The notes under the pieces were generated by a model. It was not told the DNA's origin, did no database searches, and worked only from the letters and a program-made list of their open reading frames with translations. From positions 1-64,000 of the forward strand of contig JAZDJN010000087.1 in NCBI GenBank assembly GCA_043803945.1: a DNA stretch of 64,000 bases. Direction: 5' to 3'. Shown in pieces: positions 29,001 to 39,772 of the stretch. The stretch's first letter is position 1, and the number at the start of each line of letters is the position of its first letter. Both the position numbers and the translations under genes were made by a program. The DNA is from a bacterium. GTDB lineage: Bacteria > Bacteroidota > Ignavibacteria > UBA10030.

Positions 29001-30011
29001 TCAGTACGTAAATCCCACTGTTATCCGGTGGACCGCGCCTAGCTGCGTATAATGGGTATAGCCATAATCAAATGTGATGGAGGTAAATCCGAGAGACGTG
29101 GTAAATCCTGTTCCAAAAGAATAATCATCTGAGGATTTCCGATCGATGCCGAGCAATGGTTCACCGATTGTCCGTTTAATTCCCGCCCGCAGAAAGAGCC
29201 ATTCATTCCAACCATATTCTATTCCGAGCCGCAAATTCTCTGCATTGTCATTGGGGTGATTCAATTGTATGGACGTGGTAAACCGATGGCTTTCATCCTG
29301 ATACGGTTCCAGTGCAATCCCGATTTTAAAGACAGTCGGTGGAGAGAATGATTGATAGGTATGAACAGTGCTTCCATCGAGGAGAGTGACGTCGCCCTGC
29401 GGTGCGACATCTGAACCAAAGTTAGAGACAACGACACCGAATCGCAGCGAGCCAATTCCAAGAGTGTAATAGGTTCCGAGGTCAAAAAGGACTGCTTTAA
29501 TTTTCACCAGGTCGAGGTTTTCTTCAACATAGCGAAGTGTCGTTCCAAAACTAAATTGATTTGTCATCTTACGGCCATACGAAATGCCGACTGCAAGATC
29601 TCCATATTGGAAGTATGTGCCTGTCCCTGCGGGATTCGTTTCTGTTGTAATTTCCATATCGTCACTGCGCAGGGAGATGATTGAGACTCCAATAACATCC
29701 GATTGAGAGAGACGATACACAGCCCCTGCAAAATCGTGCTTCATACCTACCAACCATTCCGAGTGAGACAGTTGGATTGAATTCGATGCTGACAGTGTCA
29801 ATCCCGCAGGATTCCAATAGAGCGCTGAGGCATCGTTTGCAAGTGCGACCATCGCCTCTCCCATCGCTCCACCTCGTCCTCCTACCCCAATTTTCATAAA
29901 TTGCAGGTTTGAGATTCCGGCGCGTTGGCCTCCGAGATTGGGCAGTAACTGGCCGCTACCATGTTCGGAGATCAACAACAGAATGAGCACTATGTTCAAC
30001 AAGTATCGCAT
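29001..30011 (-). CDS. PorV/PorQ-family outer-membrane beta-barrel
   Basis: FMKIGVGGRGGAMGEA, DASALYWNPAGL, GIEY..FLRAG, FDYGY, C-terminal HRITVGFTY. Confidence 0.85.
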   Translation of the reverse strand: MRYLLNIVLILLLISEHGSGQLLPNLGGQRAGISNLQFMKIGVGGRGGAMGEAMVALANDASALYWNPAGLTLSASNSIQLSHSEWLVGMKHDFAGAVYRLSQSDVIGVSIISLRSDDMEITTETNPAGTGTYFQYGDLAVGISYGRKMTNQFSFGTTLRYVEENLDLVKIKAVLFDLGTYYTLGIGSLRFGVVVSNFGSDVAPQGDVTLLDGSTVHTYQSFSPPTVFKIGIALEPYQDESHRFTTSIQLNHPNDNAENLRLGIEYGWNEWLFLRAGIKRTIGEPLLGIDRKSSDDYSFGTGFTTSLGFTSITFDYGYTHYTQLGAVHRITVGFTY

Positions 30012-30013
30012 GG

Positions 30014-32887
30014 TCAGAACCGGAATGAGAGGCTGAGGCGCATTGAGCGCGGTTCCATATAGCGCGCGGGATTATACGGGTATGCATCAACCGGCGCCTG
30101 GAGATCGGGATAATGCGGATCGTTCCAACTGCTCGGTGTCGGTGTTGGTGTTCCATCAGGGCGCACATATTCGTATGCGTCGCCCGTAATGGGATTCAGA
30201 ATCTGGACATTCTTTCGATTCAGCAAGTTTGAAATCTCGATTGAAAGAAAAAGTTTTGCAAAAGAAAGGTCGATGCTCTTTTCAATATTCAGGTCGACTG
30301 TGCAGACATCCTTCCCCACCTTCGTCAGCGGATTGTTCAGGTCTGCATAGTAGATCGGCCTGCCGGTGGCAGATTCATTCCCGACATATTGGTACGAAGT
30401 ATAACGCTTTCCTGATTGGAAAAAGACTCTTGTATAAATATTAATATCATCGAGCACGCCATTGCCAAAATCAAAAAGCGCTCGTCCTTTGTTAATCTTA
30501 AAGTTCAAGACCAACGAACCCTGGAGCGGCCGATCCCAGGCAAGATATTTTTCCTTAACATTTTCCTCGATCCCCTGTTGAATGTTGAAGGCGACCTCCG
30601 TTGCCGCTGAACTCTTCCCCGTTGTAATCGAGTAGGCGCCAGAGACGGCTCCACGGAACCAGTCGGAATACCGCTTCTTATATTCAATTTCAAATCCGCG
30701 GGAACGGGCATAATCGAGATTGATATACGTCGTATAGGTTCCGGATGAGAAGCGTGTTTGTTGAGCGCGAACAGACCGTGCGGTGATGTAATCAAAAATG
30801 TCCTTGTAGTACGCAGTGACGTTCAAGACATCATTCTCCGTCAACTGATTACGCAATCCAAGCTCATAGGCTACTGTTGTTTCGGGATTGAGATTTGGAT
30901 TGCCAATTACCTGGAACGTCGAACGGGAGTTGCCCCGAAGAAGTTTTGAATAGACAAATTGCGGTCGTGGAAATTTTGAAAAATGCCCATACGAGAAAAA
31001 GAGTGTCTGGTTGTCGCTCACGGGATGGGCGATGGCCAGGCGGGGGCTTATCCTTCCCTTCCAGCGAAGTCCGAAGGCCTTGTAGGTATCCCGCAGGTAT
31101 TGTTCCCTGATCGTTGGACTGACAAGCGATTGTTCGTCGTTTTGGACAGCATCATCGACATATTTTCCGGGGAACCAGTAATCGAACCGCAATCCGAAAT
31201 TCAGAATCATTCCGCCAAAGGTGAGATTATCCTGCGCATAAAGTGCTCCCAGCGCCGGTTTGACAGAATAGATATCGTTATTGAAACCGAGAGGCCTCAC
31301 CCAGGGACTGATGATATCCACCATCTGCATCTCCTGAAGCCGTAATTCTATTCCAGCCTTAAATTTATTCTTCTCGTCGAAATGGCTTGTGAGATCGAAC
31401 TTGCAGGTGTATTCATCGATGTAGTGATCGCGCCAGGTTGTGGGCGAACCCGTCTCATAAAATCCATCGCCGGGCATTACCCCGATGGTGTCATGGCCAA
31501 GGTTGTAATAGATAATCGGGAAGGTGACGATGTCTTTTGGCTCACGATAATTCTCCCAATACGTGCCATTGGCGTCACCTCGCACATGCGCCGTGAACTT
31601 GCTCAGCCGAACTTCATAAAACGTTTTCGAATTGAGCGTGTGAGTCAAAATGAGAGAGTGTTGCTGATTGAGTTGCGTAAATGTATTGGCACTATCGGGT
31701 ATGTTCTGAAAAAGATATTGATATCCCGGCTGAGGCTCCTGATGCTCCAGTGTCGTTTGAATGGTCTGCGTGTTTTGATTAATGGCGACAGAGCCATTGA
31801 AAGAGTACGATAACTTCATCGTCGGTGTAATCTTCCATGTCACTTTGGAGAGGATCGTCCAATTATTGCTTCGACGCGGGGCGAAGTTATTTCGATGGAA
31901 AATTGAAGAGTATAATCCTCCCGGTGCTTTTACCATGAAGCCGGCGGGTTGGCCCTGTTCGTTGATCCGTTCCACCCATCGAGTGTAGCCGTCACTGAGA
32001 TTGACGTTGAAGTTCAAGAAAAAGCTGAGTTTCCCGGGAAGTGTCGCACCAAAATGCGGTAGGAGGTAATTCGTCAATGGCTCCGGTCCGCCAAGGGAGA
32101 ACTCATAAATATCGGTATTGAAATTGGAACGGTCATTCGTGTTGAACCCCAGGTGATCGCGTTTATGCTGAAGTGATCCGGTGTATTTATCGCTCCCCTC
32201 GCGTGTCGTGAAACTTACGACACCAGAAGTCGCCTGGCCATACTCTGCATTGTATCCGCCCGTAATGACTTCGACTTCCTGCACTGCTCCAAGCGGGAGC
32301 TGCAGCCCAAATCCGGTCCCAGCGAGCGGATCCTGGACCGAGATACCATCGACAAGAAAAGCAGTCTCATAAGCGCGACCTCCGCGTATGTGAAGCTGGT
32401 CATCACTCTTCACAACACCTACCTGTAAGGCCACTGCATCTTCCACCGTCTGGATAGCAGCCGCCTGGAGATCCTCGTTCTTCACAGATCGTTTGCTGGA
32501 GGTCTCCTCGATATTGAACATTGGTTTTTCACCGATGATGACCACTTCCTGTCCCAGTGAGAGAACCGTCTCTTCCAGCGGTGCATCGAGAATCGTTTCC
32601 TGATCAGCGATGACCTTTACCACACCAAACTGCATGGTTTTATAGCCAAGCAATCGAACTTCAACTACATAGGTCCCCGCATTGACCTTCGGTACCAGAA
32701 ATGATCCATCAAGTTTCGTTGCAGCACCATAGTAGGTACCTTTAACGATCACATTAGCACCGGCCAGGCCTTCCTTTGTAGCTTTATCATATACTTTGCC
32801 ACGGATACTCCCCGCTTGCTGTGCATAGAGGGCCGGAAGCAGCAGCATCAAACTCAAAGAGATGATATGTGTGTAAGGGTTTCTCAT
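30014..32887 (-). CDS. TonB-dependent receptor with N-terminal carboxypeptidase-regulatory-like domain
   Basis: Signal peptide; GANVIVKGT; plug LHIRGGR..VITGGYNAEYG; GNPNLNPE; C-terminal Phe. Confidence 0.9.
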   Translation of the reverse strand: MRNPYTHIISLSLMLLLPALYAQQAGSIRGKVYDKATKEGLAGANVIVKGTYYGAATKLDGSFLVPKVNAGTYVVEVRLLGYKTMQFGVVKVIADQETILDAPLEETVLSLGQEVVIIGEKPMFNIEETSSKRSVKNEDLQAAAIQTVEDAVALQVGVVKSDDQLHIRGGRAYETAFLVDGISVQDPLAGTGFGLQLPLGAVQEVEVITGGYNAEYGQATSGVVSFTTREGSDKYTGSLQHKRDHLGFNTNDRSNFNTDIYEFSLGGPEPLTNYLLPHFGATLPGKLSFFLNFNVNLSDGYTRWVERINEQGQPAGFMVKAPGGLYSSIFHRNNFAPRRSNNWTILSKVTWKITPTMKLSYSFNGSVAINQNTQTIQTTLEHQEPQPGYQYLFQNIPDSANTFTQLNQQHSLILTHTLNSKTFYEVRLSKFTAHVRGDANGTYWENYREPKDIVTFPIIYYNLGHDTIGVMPGDGFYETGSPTTWRDHYIDEYTCKFDLTSHFDEKNKFKAGIELRLQEMQMVDIISPWVRPLGFNNDIYSVKPALGALYAQDNLTFGGMILNFGLRFDYWFPGKYVDDAVQNDEQSLVSPTIREQYLRDTYKAFGLRWKGRISPRLAIAHPVSDNQTLFFSYGHFSKFPRPQFVYSKLLRGNSRSTFQVIGNPNLNPETTVAYELGLRNQLTENDVLNVTAYYKDIFDYITARSVRAQQTRFSSGTYTTYINLDYARSRGFEIEYKKRYSDWFRGAVSGAYSITTGKSSAATEVAFNIQQGIEENVKEKYLAWDRPLQGSLVLNFKINKGRALFDFGNGVLDDINIYTRVFFQSGKRYTSYQYVGNESATGRPIYYADLNNPLTKVGKDVCTVDLNIEKSIDLSFAKLFLSIEISNLLNRKNVQILNPITGDAYEYVRPDGTPTPTPSSWNDPHYPDLQAPVDAYPYNPARYMEPRSMRLSLSFRF

Positions 32888-32890
32888 GAA

Positions 32891-34633
32891 TCAGAGTCCA
32901 AATTCCTGCACGAAGACCTTCTGAAGAAATGCAGCAAGACCTTGTCCACCATTCGCTTTTCCATCGAGATAGTGCAACGGAAATCCAATAAAAATAAATC
33001 GTTTGTCATTGCGGACAACACCAACATTTGGTGTGCCGAGATAGGGACCAAGTGTGGTCGCCCGGGTATCCGGTTGCATGCGATAAATGTATTTTGAGTC
33101 GGCACGTTTGTAGACCGGCCGCACAAAGACCGAGAGAAGATTTCGCGGCTGCCCGGCAACTGTCAGTGAATCGACATTTAACACCGGGTAGAGATCAGCC
33201 GTCACACTTGAATCGGGATAAATCTTATAATTTTTTGGAACCCGTGTCGTTCCAGGCCACGGAATGGAGGAGGGGCCTGGCAGAGTAATTGCGCTGATAC
33301 TATCGAGAGGAGCAAAGTCTCTGAGTGCGCCTCCTGGATCGTTCGCCGACGCAAATTCTGTTGCGTAAAGCACTTTCCCGCCTAACGTTGAATAGTGAAA
33401 GAGAGAATATTGAGCGATCGTCAAACTCGGATATTGGTCGGTATACCAAAAAACGAAGTCGTACAATTTCAGTGTGTAGACAAACATTGGATTGAGCAAG
33501 GAAAGTGCAGGAACGAGAATTCCCGGTTTCCCAACCGGGCTGCCAGTCCGTATGTCAAGTTCATCAAAATTGCCTAGCTGGCCGCCAGCAAATTCAGAAA
33601 ATTTCTTTCTGTAAAACACCTTAACATCGGTTGAGTCATCTTTTTGATAATCACTGATCACCAGCAGCCGGCTCTTTGGCTTTTTCACATACCAACTCTT
33701 TACTGCTGATGGTTGAACCATTATCAGACTATTATCTCCGGCTACATCGCGTGCCTGCACGAAGAGTTTGTTTCCAGCATTAAGCTTTAATCCAGGTACT
33801 TGTCCTAAGTAATGAAGCGTGGGATAACTTCCGCTGTAAACATCTGCCGCAACTGCTACCGCAGCCCCATCACTACGAACACGCGGCACCATCAAGGTTA
33901 CGGTTGTCGCATTCTGAGGCAACGCTATCCAGCTCGCGGCCGAAGTTGTGTCGTTCAATGCAAGACGATAGGAGGCAATTGTTTCATCGCCATCGGGGTC
34001 GCTTCCCTGCCACGTTGCGGAGATTACGGTATATGTTGTATCAGGAGGGAGAATATATTGTGTAGGATTTGCTGGATCCCGTACCAAACTGATTGTTGGC
34101 GGACTATTCTTTATCGGGAATTTTTGTTTCGCCCCTTGCGGATCGAGTGCATTGCCTAAACCTGGCAAAGCTTGATCGCCGATATCGAAAATTCCGTTGC
34201 TATTCTTATCCCAATATGGCTGAGGGGAGATCCTCACAACTGCTCCACTCGGCAGATTCTCCAGGAAGGTGTTGTCGATTGCCCGGACTACAAAGAGGAA
34301 CGTTCCACTCGATTGACGCAATGGAAATTGCACCACAGAATCCATGACCGTTGTAAAACCATAGGTCAATGTATCCGGATTGGGAATCGATTGCAGGCCC
34401 GCACCAAAAGCCACCAGATAACCGATAACGTATCCATCCTTATCCTCTCCCCACCAACGCAACTGCTGTTTGCTGATACCTATGGATATCTCTCCATCCG
34501 GAAAGAGCCACAGGTAAGTCTTTGGCCGCTCGTTGATGATCGGAGCATCGGTTGACTCGTTCACGCAACCGGATTGAACGAGCAATATAGCCAGGAGAAA
34601 GATTAGGGCGATATGATGATTATTGATTTTCAC
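32891..34633 (-). CDS. Outer-membrane lipoprotein with Ig-like (WxGxDxDG) repeats and a C-terminal alpha/beta domain
   Basis: Lipobox VQSGC; WWGEDKDG, WQGSDPDG, VRAIDN, VQARD, GFPLHYL. Confidence 0.75.
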   Translation of the reverse strand: MKINNHHIALIFLLAILLVQSGCVNESTDAPIINERPKTYLWLFPDGEISIGISKQQLRWWGEDKDGYVIGYLVAFGAGLQSIPNPDTLTYGFTTVMDSVVQFPLRQSSGTFLFVVRAIDNTFLENLPSGAVVRISPQPYWDKNSNGIFDIGDQALPGLGNALDPQGAKQKFPIKNSPPTISLVRDPANPTQYILPPDTTYTVISATWQGSDPDGDETIASYRLALNDTTSAASWIALPQNATTVTLMVPRVRSDGAAVAVAADVYSGSYPTLHYLGQVPGLKLNAGNKLFVQARDVAGDNSLIMVQPSAVKSWYVKKPKSRLLVISDYQKDDSTDVKVFYRKKFSEFAGGQLGNFDELDIRTGSPVGKPGILVPALSLLNPMFVYTLKLYDFVFWYTDQYPSLTIAQYSLFHYSTLGGKVLYATEFASANDPGGALRDFAPLDSISAITLPGPSSIPWPGTTRVPKNYKIYPDSSVTADLYPVLNVDSLTVAGQPRNLLSVFVRPVYKRADSKYIYRMQPDTRATTLGPYLGTPNVGVVRNDKRFIFIGFPLHYLDGKANGGQGLAAFLQKVFVQEFGL

Positions 34634-34701
34634 AAACTAATTTCTGGATTGCATCCTCTATAGCCAATGATCATGCCTACTCAACTCTTAAGTCAGAGCT
34701 A

Positions 34702-34795
34702 TCGTCCTTCCCGCGTAAGCGGGAATCCAGTGCCTTATAAAAGCTCAATGACCCATTAAAAAGGCTCTGGACACTCGCTTTCGCGAGTGAGACAT
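34702..34795. repeat. REP-like double hairpin (TTCCCGCGTAAGCGGGAATCCAG...CTGGACACTCGCTTTCGCGAGTG)
   Basis: Same core as inside the 27284..27484 element. Confidence 0.7.
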
Positions 34796-34936
34796 TTTCC
34801 TTTATGCGGAAAACAGCCAGATTTCATGTGTCACGGTATGCCCGCCCCGTGTTTTTTGCGGGGGACCGTGACACCCCTGGTGTTCTTTTTTGTCACTCTC
34901 GAAGTATGCTACAACATTTTTTTTGTATACTACCTG

Positions 34937-37159
34937 TTATTTCAGCAGGATCATTCGTTTTGACAGCATCATCACATCGGAATGCAATTGATAAATGTAG
35001 ACACCACTTGGCAAACCTTGCGCCGCAAATCGGATGGAGAAGTGTCCGGCATTTTGAAATTGATTGACGAGAGTCTTTACTTCCTGGCCAAGCATGTTGA
35101 AGACCTTCAAAGCCACCTGGCTGCTCTTTGGCAGATTATACTCGATTGTCGTCGACGGATTAAACGGATTTGGATAATTCTGTTCCAGTGCAAAGACCTT
35201 AGGCCGGTACAGCTCGGGATTTTCCATTACATCCGTGGTCCGTGTGCCAAAATCGCTGTTCCCGCGAGGGACAATCTTATAGCGGCTGAAAGCAAACCAA
35301 ACCACACCCTGGACGTAACTAAATTTATCGCCGACCTTGATTATTGTTTTTCCAAGACTTTCATCACCGGCAATATTCGAATACATATTCTTCCCGTCGA
35401 TTCGAATGAGAACATCACCCGATCCATCGGATACAGCGTATTCCTTCTGATCTGCAAAGGTGGGATAGATATCGGTGACAGTCACATTATTGAACCTGAC
35501 GAGCATCCCCTCCCACTTTTCTGCTACGGGATTTCCGTTCCCGATTCCCACTGAGAAATTTCCCGTCTGTACCACGACTGGTGATGGTACAGTTTTGCTC
35601 GATCCCAAAATAACGGCAGCGGTAACACCACCGATGTTCGTTACATCATTCGTCTCGAGCACAGTTCCTGTTACACTGATGCTATCACCCTTCTTGAATC
35701 CCCGCAGAAGTGCATCTATCCCTGTAATCCACATACCGCTCCATGGCTGGTTGGAATTCTGGATATACCAGGGTGTCGCACCTGCGGCATTCAAATCGAT
35801 ATCGCTTGTATCTGCAGAAACAATGCCGGTAACGGTTGTTACGGCACCGAGATAACCTGTTCTGCCATTAGTGAACGGAGTTGTCTGGATGTCTGTCACA
35901 CTCAACGGTCGGTTCAGCACGGTATAGAAAAACATACCTTTACCCGTATCTGACGAGGCCGAACCAAATGCCGAACTTGCATAGGTTGAATAGCTGCCCG
36001 CTGTGTCGTAGGCTTGTATGAAGTATTTAATAAACGTATTGGCTGGCTGCGGAGGAATTGCACCAACGTATGTTGAATCTACCGGATTGTATTTCATGCT
36101 GTCTGCAGTAAATGAACCATTGTTGAAACTCTTCTTCAGCAGAACAGCGGCAATCTTTCCTGACGCTCCGGTTTGGATGAATGCACGCACCGAGACTTTT
36201 GCCGTATCAGTTGGATCGACCACCACATTCGTTCTCCGGTGTGTTGAAATACCAGGGAGGAATTTGCCGTAAACAAGATCACCACGAAAGAGAGGAGCGA
36301 TGCGATACCCACGAACAGTTTCAGAACCCGAATTGGTCATGATGTAACCGCGAATGGTGTCTATTTTCTGAAAGACGGCAGGAGCTGCGTACATTGAGGT
36401 TGGATCTTTGTATGTCCGGAGTGTGAACCATTTTGACGCATCCATCATTGCCACCTCGTTCCCATAGGCATCGACCATGCTGAATGTCCCATTTAATGAA
36501 TTAACAATGGAGGTGACAGTAAGATTTGTGAATTCAACGCACGCCCCTTCGTATTGCTCACCCGTTGACCACATGATCGAACCTCCGGGATAGATACCCT
36601 TATAGAATGTCCCCAAATCGAGTGGAACAGGTTTGGCGATGGGACGGCCTTCATCGAGAAGCTGCAGTCCACCAATTGGGACAAATTGTGTATAGCTTAC
36701 TATTTGTGAGGCAGGATATTCATCAACGTATCCACGAATTCGGATAATGTCTCCGACTTTCAATCCCAGGAATCCAGTGTTATACAGTCCAACCGTATCT
36801 GCCAAATTCCCCACTCGACACATAATATTTGTCCAGATGCTGTTGCCGGCGTTCGCCGAAGTATCACGGAGTATGAGGGTATTGCCGCTGCCTGTAAAAG
36901 CAATGACTTTTGGCGGCACAATTACTTGACCAACCACCTCAACAGTCTCCCGCACAGCGGCATGGGTTGGATTATGAAATTTGGATGTTTGAAGCGACCA
37001 TTTCAACTGATTAGAGTTCTGCAGTTGATCGCAGAGCAAAAGAGAGTCGAGGGATACTGCTTGCATATCTTTAATGGTAACAAGCCGGTATTTTGTTTGT
37101 GCAAGTCCAATACTGATACCAATTGAAAGTAGTATGAGAAATAGTCCGAATCGCTTCAT
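34937..37159 (-). CDS. T9SS-secreted protein with two tandem OB-fold (YhcR/ExeM-like) modules and no evident catalytic domain
   Basis: Signal peptide; repeated motifs GDIIRIRGYVDE/GDSISVTGTVLE, EQYEGACVEFTNLTV/EKWEGMLVRFNNVTV, YRIAP/YKIVPR; CTD LEQNYPNPFN. Confidence 0.75.
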   Translation of the reverse strand: MKRFGLFLILLSIGISIGLAQTKYRLVTIKDMQAVSLDSLLLCDQLQNSNQLKWSLQTSKFHNPTHAAVRETVEVVGQVIVPPKVIAFTGSGNTLILRDTSANAGNSIWTNIMCRVGNLADTVGLYNTGFLGLKVGDIIRIRGYVDEYPASQIVSYTQFVPIGGLQLLDEGRPIAKPVPLDLGTFYKGIYPGGSIMWSTGEQYEGACVEFTNLTVTSIVNSLNGTFSMVDAYGNEVAMMDASKWFTLRTYKDPTSMYAAPAVFQKIDTIRGYIMTNSGSETVRGYRIAPLFRGDLVYGKFLPGISTHRRTNVVVDPTDTAKVSVRAFIQTGASGKIAAVLLKKSFNNGSFTADSMKYNPVDSTYVGAIPPQPANTFIKYFIQAYDTAGSYSTYASSAFGSASSDTGKGMFFYTVLNRPLSVTDIQTTPFTNGRTGYLGAVTTVTGIVSADTSDIDLNAAGATPWYIQNSNQPWSGMWITGIDALLRGFKKGDSISVTGTVLETNDVTNIGGVTAAVILGSSKTVPSPVVVQTGNFSVGIGNGNPVAEKWEGMLVRFNNVTVTDIYPTFADQKEYAVSDGSGDVLIRIDGKNMYSNIAGDESLGKTIIKVGDKFSYVQGVVWFAFSRYKIVPRGNSDFGTRTTDVMENPELYRPKVFALEQNYPNPFNPSTTIEYNLPKSSQVALKVFNMLGQEVKTLVNQFQNAGHFSIRFAAQGLPSGVYIYQLHSDVMMLSKRMILLK

Positions 37160-37338
37160 GATATCCTCCAGATTGTATATTGGTTGTGGTTACAAAACTT
37201 TGTCAGCACGAAATCAAAGAAAACCACTGCTGGCACACTGATTATCACGGATGAAAATACCTTATGTGATCTCAGATTCAAAAATAAATATAATCACGTC
37301 GGTGTGCCATCCGTGGTAGACTTAGTACTTAATAGTCT

Positions 37339-39468
37339 TTATTTGATAACAGCAAATTTTCCTGTTTTGATCGTTCCTGTATCTTTATCTTTGACGACAA
37401 AGAGATAGAGTCCGGTAGAAATTGCCTGATCATACTTGGAAATCAAATCCCAGGCATGCTCTCCTCCCGAGAATTTCGCTGTCGTAGTACGATCGCCATA
37501 TTTCTGGAACCACTCGATGTCATCTCCCCGATAGGTCGACGCTTCGTGGTCTATTTCAGCAACAATATCTCCCGCGAGCGTAAAGATTGTGATGGTAGCG
37601 CGGGCAGGCAGATTGGCAAAATAGATTTTCCGGGTTCGCTCCCCTCCGCCATCCCACACTGCGCGAACATAGTAAGGATTTGGGTAGACCTTGATTTCCA
37701 CACCAGCATCGGAAGTTGGTGTTGTACCGGGAATCACCCGCTCTGTGGTCTTTGCGCTTTCCAAGCTTGTAAGGTTATTCGCGGGATCTCCCCGATCGAA
37801 CGCCGATATTCCATAGACATACTGCCAGCCATTCAGATGAGTAACGCCGCTGTTGGCAGGTGGAAACCGATACCAATACTTATTGGTGTCTCCGGGAAAT
37901 GTCTTTGGCGTCGGTAAAACAATTTGCGAAAAGCCGGTGTTATAGCCTACATCATCATCGCTGCGGTCAAACTCTCCTACGAGTGAAAGATTCAGTAAAA
38001 GATTCTCGTTGGAAATAAAATCCGCACCCGGAGTGGAGCGATAAATGCGATATCCTTCAAAATCCTTCCTCTTACTGATCGGGTCAATCGATTCTTCTGC
38101 AGAATTTTTATCCCAAAAGAGTACGACGTTTTGGTTATCGACAACAGTACGCACTTTGGGTTGACGAGGGGGTGCTGGCAGTACGTAACGGTTTAAAATT
38201 CCATCGCCATTGAGATCTTCACCAGCATCAAGGTTATTGTTCCCATTCAGGTCTTCACCGTTGTATGTTTGCTTTGCCCAGTTCCAATACTCAAGAAGGT
38301 TACCCCGTTGTTCCGGTTTATCAAACTGCTCCAGATCTGTACCTTTTTTCTTTGCACAGACAACAGCAAAGACAATTGAAACTGAATCACCCGGGTTTAA
38401 TGTCGAAAAGGGTCCCGTGGAAAGCATGGTTGTGTAATTTCCCGGAGCCGCCCGTAATGGAGCGATCAAATTGGGAGGAAGCGATTGTGCAAGCCGGCCA
38501 TAGCGACTCGTGAAGGGATCACTCGATTTATAATCGGCATCCGGAGAAAAATATGCCTGGACACCCGAGCTTCCGCGGAAACGCCATGCGTTATAGTAAC
38601 TTCGCCGATAGAGATCAGCCAACGAATCGACACCGCTGGGGAATGGTGTTGTACCGAGCAATGATATCCCGATATAGCTGTCCGCAGGAAAGCTCCCCGG
38701 TGTTGCCTGGTACTCGAAGGTATACATCATACGGGAAAGGGAATCATATCCATTTCCGCCATAGTCAAAGTATCCAGTTGTGCCAGGGCGTACGTAATTG
38801 GTATTGCGGACAACGCCGTTGGCCCAGAGACCAAGGTAGAGCGAGTCGAGTGTATCGGCGGTAGCATTCTTTATCGTGTAACTGACAATGACAAAATACT
38901 CAGCGAAAGGGAAATTCCAGGCGTAAGATTCCTGATGAATATCGATTCCCAGAGGATGATGATTGAAGAGGGAATCCCCGGTTGAAGGATTTCGGGTGAA
39001 CCGGTCTGTAAAGTCAGAAATAAAATCGAGATGGCTGATAGCCTGCTCGCTGAAATAACGTGAATCGGAGAGGCTCGAACGAATCAACACTTTGGATCCA
39101 AGTTCTGTTGTAAACTCATATGGGTCAGTAAGCACACCCCCAGAGGTGCTGCCAAATCGATCGGTCACTGCGCTTGTGACAAATATTTCATTTGATTTTC
39201 TCGAACGGGCACCCACCCACAATCCACCCTGATAGAGGTGTTCAATGCGCGAGCCTTTCGGGTATTCACATGAGGGTTGATTTGGCCAATAGCGATTGCG
39301 TGTACCGATGGTGCCAAAATTGGAAATGGTAAGTGCAATATTACCGATATCAGTGAACCGGGTATCGTCGTCGTCGAAAGTTTTTTTAAGCTGCTGTGCC
39401 CTGGTAGTAGTGAATCCAACCAGGAGGACGAGAACTATCCTATGCCATTTTCTGCTAATGACAGCCAT
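37339..39468 (-). CDS. Secreted protein with Ca-binding-like repeats, an FN3-like region and a PNPY-type CTD
   Basis: Signal peptide; ISNFGTIG, CEYPKGS, EDLNGN..EDLNGDG, DFEGYRIYRS, IKVYPNPY..IYFANLP..WDL..TGLYLF. Confidence 0.75.
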   Translation of the reverse strand: MAVISRKWHRIVLVLLVGFTTTRAQQLKKTFDDDDTRFTDIGNIALTISNFGTIGTRNRYWPNQPSCEYPKGSRIEHLYQGGLWVGARSRKSNEIFVTSAVTDRFGSTSGGVLTDPYEFTTELGSKVLIRSSLSDSRYFSEQAISHLDFISDFTDRFTRNPSTGDSLFNHHPLGIDIHQESYAWNFPFAEYFVIVSYTIKNATADTLDSLYLGLWANGVVRNTNYVRPGTTGYFDYGGNGYDSLSRMMYTFEYQATPGSFPADSYIGISLLGTTPFPSGVDSLADLYRRSYYNAWRFRGSSGVQAYFSPDADYKSSDPFTSRYGRLAQSLPPNLIAPLRAAPGNYTTMLSTGPFSTLNPGDSVSIVFAVVCAKKKGTDLEQFDKPEQRGNLLEYWNWAKQTYNGEDLNGNNNLDAGEDLNGDGILNRYVLPAPPRQPKVRTVVDNQNVVLFWDKNSAEESIDPISKRKDFEGYRIYRSTPGADFISNENLLLNLSLVGEFDRSDDDVGYNTGFSQIVLPTPKTFPGDTNKYWYRFPPANSGVTHLNGWQYVYGISAFDRGDPANNLTSLESAKTTERVIPGTTPTSDAGVEIKVYPNPYYVRAVWDGGGERTRKIYFANLPARATITIFTLAGDIVAEIDHEASTYRGDDIEWFQKYGDRTTTAKFSGGEHAWDLISKYDQAISTGLYLFVVKDKDTGTIKTGKFAVIK

Positions 39469-39772
39469 GAAGAATCAAAATTTGTGGAATATCGCCTTTG
39501 TGTAAATGGTTGGAAAATCTGGTCATTTTTCCAGAGAGATGCAAACGAGGAAGTAAATATTTTAAGCGCCTCAATGGAAAATGAACCGCCAAGTTCGCCA
39601 AGCACGCTAAAGTTATTTCAGAGTGTTTGTGCAGGTAATCTCTCTCCAAATACAAAAAACATCTTTGCGTCTCTCGCAACCTCTGTGTTGGATTCACTCT
39701 CTATTCACTCAGTGTGCTTTTTGGCGCAATGGCGTTTTGGCGTTTATCTTTGATTACACGAGGAGGGTGAAC

